This document shows, piece after piece, positions 49,294 to 59,600 of a DNA stretch of 64,000 nt. Source of the stretch: Podarcis filfolensis (lineage: Eukaryota); assembly GCA_964270895.1 (NCBI GenBank), contig OZ185436.1, one strand, 5' to 3'. Numbering within the stretch: the stretch's first letter is position 1; each line of letters begins with the position of its first letter. The translations under genes were made by a program, and so were the position numbers. Under the pieces are notes generated by a model, which was not told the DNA's origin, ran no database searches, and worked only from the letters and a program-made list of their open reading frames with translations.

Positions 49294-50257
49294 CCGTATT
49301 TTTCGCACCATAGGACGCACTTTTTCCCCTTCAAAAATGAAGGGGGAATGTGTGTGCGTCCTATGGAGCGAAGACAGCATAGCCCCGCGACCCTCTGCTG
49401 GCTGGAGAGGTGACGCGGGCCTATGGCAGGAGCCTCTATAGCCGCGCGCCACCTCTCCAGCTGGGAGAGCGCGCGCGGGGTTAAAGAAGCCCCGCTTACC
49501 CTCTCCCGGCTGGAGAGGTGACACGCAGCTATTGCAGCAGCCTCTTTAGCCGCGCGCCATCTCTCCAGCCGGGAGAGCGCACGGGGGGGGGGGGGGCTAA
49601 AGAAGCCCCGCTTACCCTCTCCCAGCTGGAAAGGTGACACGCAGCTATTGCAGCAGCCTCTTTAGCCGCGCGCCATCTCTCCAGCCGGGAGAGCGCGCGC
49701 GGGGCTAAAGAACCCCCCGCTTACCCTCTCCCAGCTGGAGAGGTGACACACAGCTATTGCAGCAGCCTCTTTAGCCGCGCGCCATCTCTCCAGCTGGGAG
49801 AGCGCGCGCAGGGTTAAAGAAGCCCCCAGCGACTCTCTTCCGGCTGGAGAGGTGACATGCGGCTATGGCAGGAACCTCTATAGCCGCGCGCCTTTCCGCT
49901 GCTCCCCGACCTGCTCTTTGGGGCTGGTGGTGGGCTTCCCCCCGCCAGCCCCAAAGAGCAGGTCGAAAGGAACCTGAAGCCTGGAGAGTGAGAGGGGTTG
50001 GTGCGCACCAACCCCTCTCGCTCTCCAGGCTTCCAAGGTAGCCGCCTGAAGGCGTCTGAACGCACCTTAAACGGCACCTTGTTTTAGAGTGGGAAAACAA
50101 GAGGGGGGAAATTCTTCCCCTCTCTGTGCAGCGCCGCCTGCCGCTTCGCTGAAGGGGCGCTGGGCAGAGAGGGCGAGAATTTTTTTTTCTTGTTCTCCCC
50201 CCTCTAAAACAAGGTGCGTCCTATTGTCCGGTGCGTCCTATGGTGCGAAAAATACGG
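49294..50257. mobile_element. Non-autonomous Tc1/mariner-superfamily (Tc2-like) element with internal tandem array
   Basis: TIRs CCGTATTTTTCGCACCATAGGACGCAC / GTGCGTCCTATGGTGCGAAAAATACGG (perfect, 27 bp), TA on both flanks, CpG-rich interior, no transposase ORF. Confidence 0.9.
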
Positions 50258-51138
50258 TACTTCAAGGAAAAATGCAGTCCTTTTTGGAGATACTGTTTGA
50301 AACAGCCATCTTTAATGAAGTAAAAATAACATGATATAAAGCTCCTTTATATCAACATTTTGGAGATAATGTTTAAACATATTGGTGATAGATCATAACA
50401 AAGCACTCTTCGGTACATCGTGTGTCTCAGTGCTGTTGACTCTGATCCAGAGGGACAAACATGTCCCTTCAAAGTGCTCTGCAAGTTCCAAATTTACAAA
50501 AAGAGAGGGCACAATTTAGCAGAACGAATTTTTAATGGGGAAAAATGAGGAAAGGTGTCTATGCATTCACAGTATAATTTTCTCTATTAAATCATTCTTT
50601 TGCCATGTTTGCCGAACCCACTTTTTTAACTCAAAGGTTTAAAGGTCTGGGAATTCTGTGTGGGGATAGCTTTTGAGGACTCAAAATATGAATACACATG
50701 GATGGCTCTTTTTTGACTCATGAAAACAGAACTCTCACACTTCACTGCATAAATTAGTGCAGAACTATTTTGATGAAGTACCGGTAATTTGTATGGAAAG
50801 AGTGATTACTGTTTGTTTACATCTTGTTCCCCCTCCCCAGTTTTAGCATTTTGATAAACATTGAACATTCACCAACAGTGATAGCAGTTGACTGAATGCA
50901 GGAGAAGGCCTGGAAATGATCCGGTTAACCTCCACAAGAGCCAAAAACCACACCTTAAGAGAATATGTTTTTCTTCAAACAGCAAATAATGGAATAAAAC
51001 AAAATATGTCTGATCATGTGGTAGTGATGCAGCAATTGGACCTCCTTTCATGTAAGACAGGTGTATTTACGGCTGAGTACAGTATGGCCTGAAAAGCAAA
51101 GACTTAAGAATCTATAACCTTTTAGATAGCTATAAGTA

Positions 51139-51364
51139 CAGTGGTACCTCGGGTTACATACACTTCAGGTTACAGACTCCGCTAACCCAGAAGTATTACC
51201 TTGGGTTAAGAACTTTGCTTGAGGATTAGAACAGAAATTGTGCTCCGACGGCGCAGCAGCAGCAGGAGGCCCCATTAGCTAAAGTGGTGCTTCAGGTTAA
51301 GAACAGTTTCAGGTTAAGAACGGACCTCCGGAATGAATTAAGTATGTAACCAGAGGTACCACTG
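51139..51364. mobile_element. Tigger/pogo-like MITE, copy 2 (226 bp, GALNT10 intron 1)
   Basis: Same TIRs, TA flanks and interior as 31164-31389, in the same orientation. Confidence 0.9.
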
Positions 51365-53014
51365 TATCTATATAGCATAACTTAGGCTGTGAAATGTCAG
51401 GGACTCAACACAAATTATGAGCACATCTTTAAACTGTATAAGGAAGTGCAGCAGTTTATCTTCCCTGTCAAAAAACTAGGACAGCATCAAGTCCTAAATA
51501 ATTAATATGACTTTTCTGGATAATATATAAATATTTTCCATCACCTATTTTACAAGAAAAGAGAGTATTGAATGCTTAACTCTCAAGAGTTTAGACTCCA
51601 TGAAACCTGATTCACAGGGACTTATTTCTATCTCACATTCACAATATATTTATAGCCCACTCAAAATTTGCCAAACAGCTGGCTTTTAGAAGGCACTGTC
51701 AAAGCCCATTAAGAAATGATGTCCAAAACATCTGTAGATGGTTATAATACAACAGGAAAATAGAGCTGTCTTTTGTACCAGTTCTTGAAAAGGCAAATCA
51801 AAATCATGTGTTTTGATCTGGGCTTATTCTGAAATTATCCATATTTTATGTATGTCAATACAAAGATGTGGATTTAATTAATTGCACCTCAGACTTTTTC
51901 TGGGATGAGCTAAAGGATCCCACACCAACCATATATTGCTACTTCACAAGAGCAGAAGAGAAATACAGCCTCTCCTACTTTTATGAATAGAGGCAGAAGT
52001 TTGGAAAGGTTACTTTGCAAAATGAATATACACATAGTGGTAATAGAAATAAATGAGGATTTTCTATTGGATAGGAACTGCTGATTGCAAAATGATAAAT
52101 GTAAATTCAGCGGGAAGCTTTAGATTATTGTATTGCACTAATCACAGGCAATTGATGGGAGGATGTGTATGAAGTGTGCTGCGTGGAAGAGATATTGATT
52201 ATATGGTTATAGTCACCCTAGCTGGTAGTTCATAGAGACAGATAGATATGAATAATGTAGCAAAAGGTGAATAAAACTTTTTAATCCCTCTATTAAGGAT
52301 TGACCACTTAAGTTTATGTGCAGCATGTTCGAAACAGGGAAAATAAAGTATTGCTAACAACAATTAATCATTAACTTATGAAATTCACTACTGCAAGATG
52401 TTGAGAAGATGCTAAAGGGCTATTACTCACTGAGCATCCATATACAAAATACTGTGTTTTTGAATTTTGGATGTTAACATAACCTTATGCCTTGTTTGTC
52501 ATATTCCAGAAGCATCTTGTTGTCTACTGTTTGAAATGCAATACTTCTTAATTCTTATTTTGTCTTTGTGTTCAATCTCTTTTTGGCTTTGTAGCAACAT
52601 GTGTAATATACTATCATCAATTGTTCCCTGCAGATATATTGATTGAAATGTAGTGTCTTTTACACTGTAGACCAAAATTTGTTTTAAAGACATCTCATAT
52701 CATAAACATTAATCTTAGCCAGGACAATAAAACAGCTACAACTAAAATACACTTCCTACAAAGTAAAACCAAGCTGTGGTTGAAAACAAAGCTAAAACCG
52801 CAATTAGCAGCAACAAAAAGATGAAACATATAAGTTTTTCACCTGGTACACAAAACTCACTAGGATGTTTGCCAGATGAAAAGCCCTAAGAAAAGCATTC
52901 CACATAAAATGCCATTTCCTGCTTGTTGTGTTATGGCACAACACAGAGAAAAGGGCATCCTTTGACCTTAAACGGTAGCCAAGTTCATGTGGGAATCCAA
53001 ACAGACAGAAAACT

Positions 53015-53199
53015 AAAAAATAAAATAAAATAAATTGTCCAGTAGCACCTTATAGACCAACTAAGTTTGGTCTTCGTGCATGCACACAAAAGCTTATACC
53101 AGAACAAACTTAGTTGGTCTATAAGGTACTACTGGACAATTTATTATTTATTATTATTTTTATTTTGACTGCGTCAGACCAACACAGCTACCTACCTGA
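53015..53199. mobile_element. Penelope-like element terminal fragment with inverted end and 12-bp TSD
   Basis: CAAACTTAGTTGGTCTATAAGGTACTACTGG...CAGACCAACACAGCTACC terminus plus an inverted copy; AGACAGAAAACT repeated at 53003-53014 and 53200-53211. Confidence 0.7.
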
Positions 53200-53490
53200 A
53201 GACAGAAAACTGTAATTCTGGAAACAGACAGGAATCCAATGGAGCTTGTTAATACTGGTGAAATGTATTACCACTGCTTAGTCCTGATCAGCAGTTCAAC
53301 CACCATGTTTTAGTTTTCAAAAAGGTTACACATTTTGCAGCAAGTGAGGGAGAAATGCCCTGGAAAGTGTGGGATAATACTTGCTTTAATGCAACATCAT
53401 CTAACCTTCCAGCAAATGACAATGAATGCTCATTAAATAGCCAACACCATCTAATTTCCCTGAATACAAATCAGGATGCATGCTCAATAA

Positions 53491-53561
53491 ATAAGAACAT
53501 AAGAAGAGCCTGCTGGATCAGGCAAATGCCCCATGTAGTCCAGCATCCTGTTCTCACAGTG
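53491..53561 (-). mobile_element. CR1-type 3' stub
   Basis: ATAAGAACATAAGAAGAGCCTGCTGGATCAGGC...GTCCAGCATCCTGTTCTCACAGTG. Confidence 0.65.
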
Positions 53562-53599
53562 AGCCTGAATCCTGTTAAAATTAGTCTGAATCCTAGTAA

Positions 53600-54510
53600 A
53601 ATGAAAGCTCTGTAGGTGAGTGTCCCCAATCTGGGAAATCATTAATTTGCGTGTCCTGGGTGAGGTCACACTCTCTCTGAAGGAGCTAGTGCTCTGCCAC
53701 TAGACACACATGTGCCCTACGTGGCCGGGAGTGCATTTCACCAACTTTGGTTGTTAAGACAGCTATAGCCATTCCTGGATCAGGGTAGCTTGTCCACAGT
53801 TGTCTGTGCATTGGTAACCATGCGGCTGAATTACTGCAATGTGCTATATGTGAGGCTATTCTTGGTATGGAGGTGGAGGCTGAAACTGGTGCAGAATGGT
53901 TGTTTGTCAGTGAAACCACCGCCAGCATACAACACCTTGCTTGTGGGATTTTCACTAGTTGCCAATTTGCTACTAGGCCAAGTTCAAGGAGATCAGGACC
54001 AGTTTACTTGAAAGCCTGTCTGATCCCTTATATACCCAGTAGATCACTGTGGTCTGCAAGATAATTTCTTCTTTAAGTTCCAAAGATTTCAGAAGCTCAT
54101 TTTGCAGTAACTCAAAGCAGGGCTTTCAATGTGACTGCCCTTGTTCTGTGAAATAACATTCCTATTTTGATATGACACTCTTCCTATAAGGCTCAACACT
54201 CCTGCAACTGATTTTCCCCTCTGACATAGCCACATGCCACTCAACAGGTTTTGCAGAATATGTACGTTAACTTGTCTGAGCAGCAAGGTAGATGGAAATA
54301 TGTGAACCTTCCAGAAATGTAGATCAGTTATAGAAAAATCTTGCTTATGGAGGCCATAAACAGAGGTCAGTTTGGCATATAGAAGTGGCCCCACAGCTAT
54401 GGCACTTCCTCTCCTGGGATATAAGTTTTAAATTGTTTTAAATGATGTAAGCTGTCATGGGAAAATAATGTATTTTGAATGGCAACTAACAAATTACTTT
54501 AAATAAATAA
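53600..54510 (+). mobile_element. Degraded L2 LINE (C-terminal RT region and 3' UTR)
   Basis: VAGSAFHQLWLLRQL*PFLDQGSLSTVVCALVTMRLNYCNVLYV resembles the L2 motif VHALVTSRLDYCN; later RAFNVTALVLWNNIP; TAAATAAATAA tail. Confidence 0.8.
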
Positions 54511-55136
54511 CTGTGGAACAGATTCCCCTTCCTTGCACTGCCCTGTTGTTCTGCCTTTGTGTATGTTGAGGGAGCCAGGGGATACAGAACTCTGTTAAAA
54601 CTTGTGGAGAATGGGCCAAACTTTGATGTAGTGCTGACATTGAGAATGATTATATCATCAGTTTAAAATGATTTCTTTCAGTAAGCCTTTGCATCACGAA
54701 TCCTGCTCTGTTTTATTCTCTGCTGTTTTAATTCATGTTTTAAATTTTGTATTTTGTATGCTTTTACTTTTTGAAAGATGCTTTGAGACTCAGATGTTGT
54801 GAAAAGCAAGGCATGTCTTTAAAAAAATAAATAGATAAAAATATACTTTCCACCTTACAGAAAACACAGATTACAAAAAACAAACTCTGGACTTTGGAAA
54901 GTTCTGTCACTTAAGTCTGAGTAGGCGATCTTGGTCAGCATCCAGACAGAGAAACAAATCCACAACTTCCCTTTCTATGTCTACACATAAATACAACCAT
55001 AAACAATGAACTGAAAGCATGAGCAAAGTCCTAGGGTTTTACCCTCAAATGTAGTACAGAAACTAGTTAGAATTTTGTTTAGAAATGTAGTTACAAAATG
55101 AGGAAGTTTAATTATTGAAATAAGCATTTTCTGGTT

Positions 55137-55200
55137 CATAGAATTGGAAGGAACCCTCATGGGTCATCATGTCCAACCCCCTGCAACACAGGAATCTCAA
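55137..55200 (-). mobile_element. CR1 3' stub
   Basis: CATAGAATTGGAAGGAACCCTCATGGGTCATCATGTCCAACCCCCTGCAA. Confidence 0.6.
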
Positions 55201-58200
55201 ATAATTGTGCTGTGTTTGAAAACAGTGGGGGTGGGGAGACATTTGCTTCTAGGGTACCGATTTAGTTCCAGACTTAGCACTTTTTACTCAATATCACACA
55301 ACAGGCTCCCTTTCCTCACCAGATGTTCTGGTGACTACAGTATTATCAAGAGTTTGTGATATGGACTACAATATATCATTCAAGATGCAACATAGCCAGC
55401 ACATGACACACTGGTTGGTACTGTTACAATACTTGAATAATTTGCCCTCCATGCCCACAGTACAGTCTTAAGACTGAGGATAAGATGACTGCATGGCAGA
55501 TGACTTCTTTTGCATGCTTGCCAAATATACAAACAAGAAGATACTGCTTAACTTTACAACAGACAGTCCTCTGAGAGGTGTAAACACATCCAGAAAACTA
55601 AAATGCAAAAACTAGCTTGTGGATGTTACTGAGAATGCAGTTTTTATCCTCCATCACCAAGTGTTATGATGACAATGGTACTAATATTCCCATGCACTGC
55701 GCAGTTCATAGAGTCTTGTATTACAGTGAACTGCAAATCTATACTTTTTGTAATTGTAGGGCTAGTTTTTTTTTATGACATGCTAACTAACAGACTAAGA
55801 GGAGGCTTAGAAAATTAATCACAGCTTTGCAGGAGTAATCTAACAAATGTTTTCCTAATGAGGAGAAAGATGAAAATACATTATTAATTATAAGCTATAT
55901 GATCCAACTGTACTCAGCTTTGTGAGATCATTTTGTAATAAACTAATGCTGCAACAGAGAGCCACTAAATGTTGTAGTCTTTTTGGTAAACAAATACTTG
56001 CAGTTCTACCATTATTGGTTTCTACTCCACTGCTGAGTGCAAGAGCTATGATTGGTACATTAAATTTGGCATGACTTGTAAGGACCAGAAACCAATATTA
56101 ATTATTTTAAAAGTTTTACAGGTAATTATAAACCATGTTAAAAGGCATCTGCAAAGCCACTGATTTCTCACAGCACTAATCTCCCTACAATTTAAATTAA
56201 ACCAATACATTGAAGGCATTCATTCATTCATTACACAGACAAGCTGTAGCAACCCCCTGGCTCACATACTGACTCCAGCACAGCTGCAAAGACAATATCT
56301 GGCATGTCTCTTTCCATTTTAGATCAACCACAATTTAGTGTTACATCCCAGCACTAAACCATGGTTAATCTTTACTATGGTAAGTGAAAAGCCAGCTTCA
56401 TAAACCATTGCTGGAAGCTGGTTTCTCTCCCCACCCTCATTGATGATAGTTAAGAATACTGCATTTTATCTAGGTTCAGATGTTATGGAATGTTATAATC
56501 TAACATAGAAGCAAAAGCTAACTCCTCCTCATGGCCTCAACAGAGGAGGCAGCCACTGTTCCCAACTGCAAGCACAGCAGAAGGCTACACTTCATCAAAG
56601 CACACACCTCTTCCCCCAATCCCAGCCTATGGTATAGCAGCCGCGAGATTTGAAATGAGGTTCAACATAATTGAGAGGAAGATAACTTTCCACTTCTCTG
56701 CCTGCATCTCTGGTACATTTCCCTTCTTCCATAAACCCAATAATATATCCTGAATGCACCCTGCCCATGACTCTTCTCTCCAAGGCCTACCTGGTTCTTC
56801 TCACAACTGTGTTTAAACACTTGTTAAAGATTGGTCTGTTCCCTCTGTCAAACGCAAACATAACAAATTTCTCTGATAATATTTTCCACCTCAGACACTC
56901 TCCCCTTTCCTAGTATGCCAAAAAAGGTTGTTAGGGCTGTGGATTAGGTCTGTGAACATAATTTATATATAATACCTAATTAGGCACCCCTAAGAATATT
57001 ATTTTTTCTTGAAATCTGAATAGCAGCAAGGGCAATAAAGTGTGAAAATAGAAGAACAAAAAAAAGTACATGAAATGGCAACAGAAGGGATTCATGTTTA
57101 GGGCATTCAAGTGAAGACAGAACAAGTTTATAACTGATATTCCAGCAGGAACTTTCAAAACTCATTGTACACATTGCTAAGAATTTATGTTCATTATTTT
57201 GGGAGACACTGCACATTTGTGTGTCACAACATTTTGTCTTGAATGAAGCCTTTTTCATTAACACTAAAGAAATAAAGTTACCATAGCTGTACAATACAGA
57301 ACTAACAGTATCTATATTTAGATAAATGAAAAGAACATTACCTTAAGTAGCTGATTGAGGCACCTTCTCTATAAGACTACAGATAAAATATAAAACTGAT
57401 CACCTCAATGAGTTGTGTGTGCTTACTCAAAACTAAAACACATATACGTCAATGAATTCCCAAGTTCAAACAACAAGTAGTCTTGCAGCAGTAACAGATT
57501 TACTCTGCCATAAGAGTCCACTTCTACCAGCATGACGACACTGCTGCTCCCATTAGATATGCACAGGATTGCAACCTTACACCCTTAACTCTGAGGTGAC
57601 CTAAACAATGACAGCCTTATAACAAAGAAGATTAGTTTACCAGTGACAGCTCATGCTCTTCACCTTATTTTGCTCCTTAATGACAGGGTGCCAAAACAAG
57701 AATAACGCCAGCAAGTTAATTTAAAAGGGAAACCCAGAAACTCTTAATACAAAAGATGCCCAGTTTTTTTTTCTTAAGAAAAGAACAACAACCTGGTAAT
57801 CTAGAGCTCTTCTGCGTGAGCACTTGCAAAATCAACCTATGATTCAGTCTGGTTCAAAACGGGAACTGCCTATTCCCCTCCAAAAAGAAAGAAAGGAGGA
57901 AGAAAACTCTGCCTTACTTTCTCCACCTCCACCTGGTTCACTTATTAGTAGAACAGGCAAGATCAGGTAAGCCAACTATGACTTACAAGTCTTGCAAAGG
58001 GTATTAGCCCAGGAGAGGAGGGTAATGGCCGAGGAGCGGAGCCTGCCAAAAGCCACAGAGCATTGGGCGGGGTGTGTGTGTGTGTGTGTCACACAAAGCC
58101 TCCCTCCACCCCACCCCAGACAGCTGCTTTATCCTCAGCCACCTCTTGGCCTGAAAGGAAGTGTGGCTTCCTTCCTCTGCCCCCCCTCACCCCTTCATAC

Positions 58201-58256
58201 TAATGGGCCAATGCCCTGGATGTGTGTGTGTGTGTGAGAGAGAGAAAAACATCTGT

Positions 58257-58399
58257 NNNNNNNNNNNNNNNNNNNNNNNNNNNNNNNNNNNNNNNNNNNN
58301 NNNNNNNNNNNNNNNNNNNNNNNNNNNNNNNNNNNNNNNNNNNNNNNNNNNNNNNNNNNNNNNNNNNNNNNNNNNNNNNNNNNNNNNNNNNNNNNNNNN
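58257..58399. other. Assembly gap (143 N) in GALNT10 intron 1
   Basis: Run of N flanked by (GT)n/(GA)n and TA/CA low-complexity sequence. Confidence 1.
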
Positions 58400-58489
58400 G
58401 CTCAGTTATCCTTTCCCTCTGGGTGTGTGTACACATACACATACATATGTGTATAGACATATATACACACATATATAATGTAAACATAT

Positions 58490-59600
58490 AGGCAATGCAG
58501 AGGCCCTTCACCCCATAGAGAGCGGCCGCTTCCTCTTCCGTCACCACTGACTATAGAAATGAGGATGAAAGGACGATTTTAAAAAAATAATAATAATAGT
58601 CCCAGTAATAATAGTCCTCGTCTCCCGGCTACATCCGAAGTAGCAACCGCTCTTCCCCACAAGACCCCAGACGTGAGGCGAAGAGACAGAGAGAAAGGGA
58701 GGAGAAAAAATATGCGGCTCCCTCCACTTCTCACCTGCGCTTCTCCTCGGGCTGCTGCCGCCGCTGCCGCCGGTACCGCCCCAGCTGCCGCCGCCCCGCG
58801 GGCTCCCCCCGCGCCTCCGCCGCCCGCCGCTTCTCTGCCATCGCCGCCATCCAGCTGCCGCTCCCGGTAAAGGGACCAAAGCCCCACGTTGGGAAGGAAG
58901 ACGAGGGCGGCCAGCGCCAGCCCCACCGCCTGCAGCAGCCGCTTCTGCTTCCGCCGCATCCGAGAAGCCGCCGGGAAGCCCCCACCCCAACTTTCCCCTC
59001 ACACAAGGGGCTGAGGCGGCGGTTACGGCGGTTACCGCGGCGGCGGCAGCAGCAGCACTCGAGCAGCGCGCGAGGCGAAGCCGACCCGCCAACTCCGCTC
59101 CGCCAGGCACTTCCGCTCCGGAGGGGTGGGCACTACCACTCCCACCGCGAGCGGGTGGGGGGGGGGAGAAGCTTGGCGTTGGAGCGCCGCCCAGAAACCT
59201 CGAGGCTAGGCCACGCCCACCGATAGTGCCCGGCACCGAGCGGGGGGAGGGGGGACAGAAGCGTGGCAGCTCCGGCTCCTCTCGCCGCCAACCGCCCCCC
59301 CATGTTTTGTAAATGGTACTGGCCTTAGTCTTCCCCTGTGGGCTGGTGGTGGAGCTGACAGGGCCAGAAGCTTAAATAGGAGCGAGTGCGAGGAAGAGGG
59401 TAGACCGGGCGGAACCTGCCTGCCAGCAAGGCTGCCTTTCCTGCGCTGTGCCATAGGGTTGTAATTAGGCACCGCTTACATTACTGAATGTGAAGGGAAG
59501 AAGTTTGCAGCGGAGGAGCCCTTATGCTGGGGGGGGGGGCACGGGCAGGTTAGAAGGCGGGGAATGATAGCGCTAGCAGAGATCAAGCGGGACGGAACAG
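58490..59600 (-). promoter_or_regulatory. GALNT10: CpG island: GALNT10 promoter and exon 1
   Basis: Very high GC and CpG around exon 1; GCGGAAGTG (ETS-like) at 59116-59108; GGCCACGCCCAC (SP/KLF) at 59209-59220; several G-runs. Confidence 0.8.
58735..58959 (-). CDS. GALNT10: Polypeptide N-acetylgalactosaminyltransferase 10, coding exon 1 (cytoplasmic tail, TM anchor, Gly/Ala-rich stem; 75 aa)
   Basis: [35 protein letters not shown]... is the GALNT10 type II anchor; donor CAG|GTGAGA, phase 0. Confidence 0.96.

Noticed and set aside
49391-49892. CRISPR-like regular palindromic array
   Set aside because: The units are near-identical along their whole length with no unique spacers, there are no cas genes, and the context is a vertebrate intron within a TIR-bounded MITE.
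53070-53215. Hammerhead ribozyme in the Penelope fragment
   Set aside because: No CUGANGA...GAAA core with a proper stem II. CTGAAGACAGAAA near 53196 arises from the junction with the TSD and lacks the required helices.
25267-58959. U12-type or non-canonical introns in GALNT10 or SAP30L
   Set aside because: All 14 introns are GT-AG, and none has the ATATCCTT/GTATCCTT U12 donor.
58161-59472. 231-aa and other ORFs around GALNT10 exon 1, and ORFs crossing the N run
   Set aside because: CpG-island off-frame artefacts, or frames held open only by the Ns of the assembly gap.
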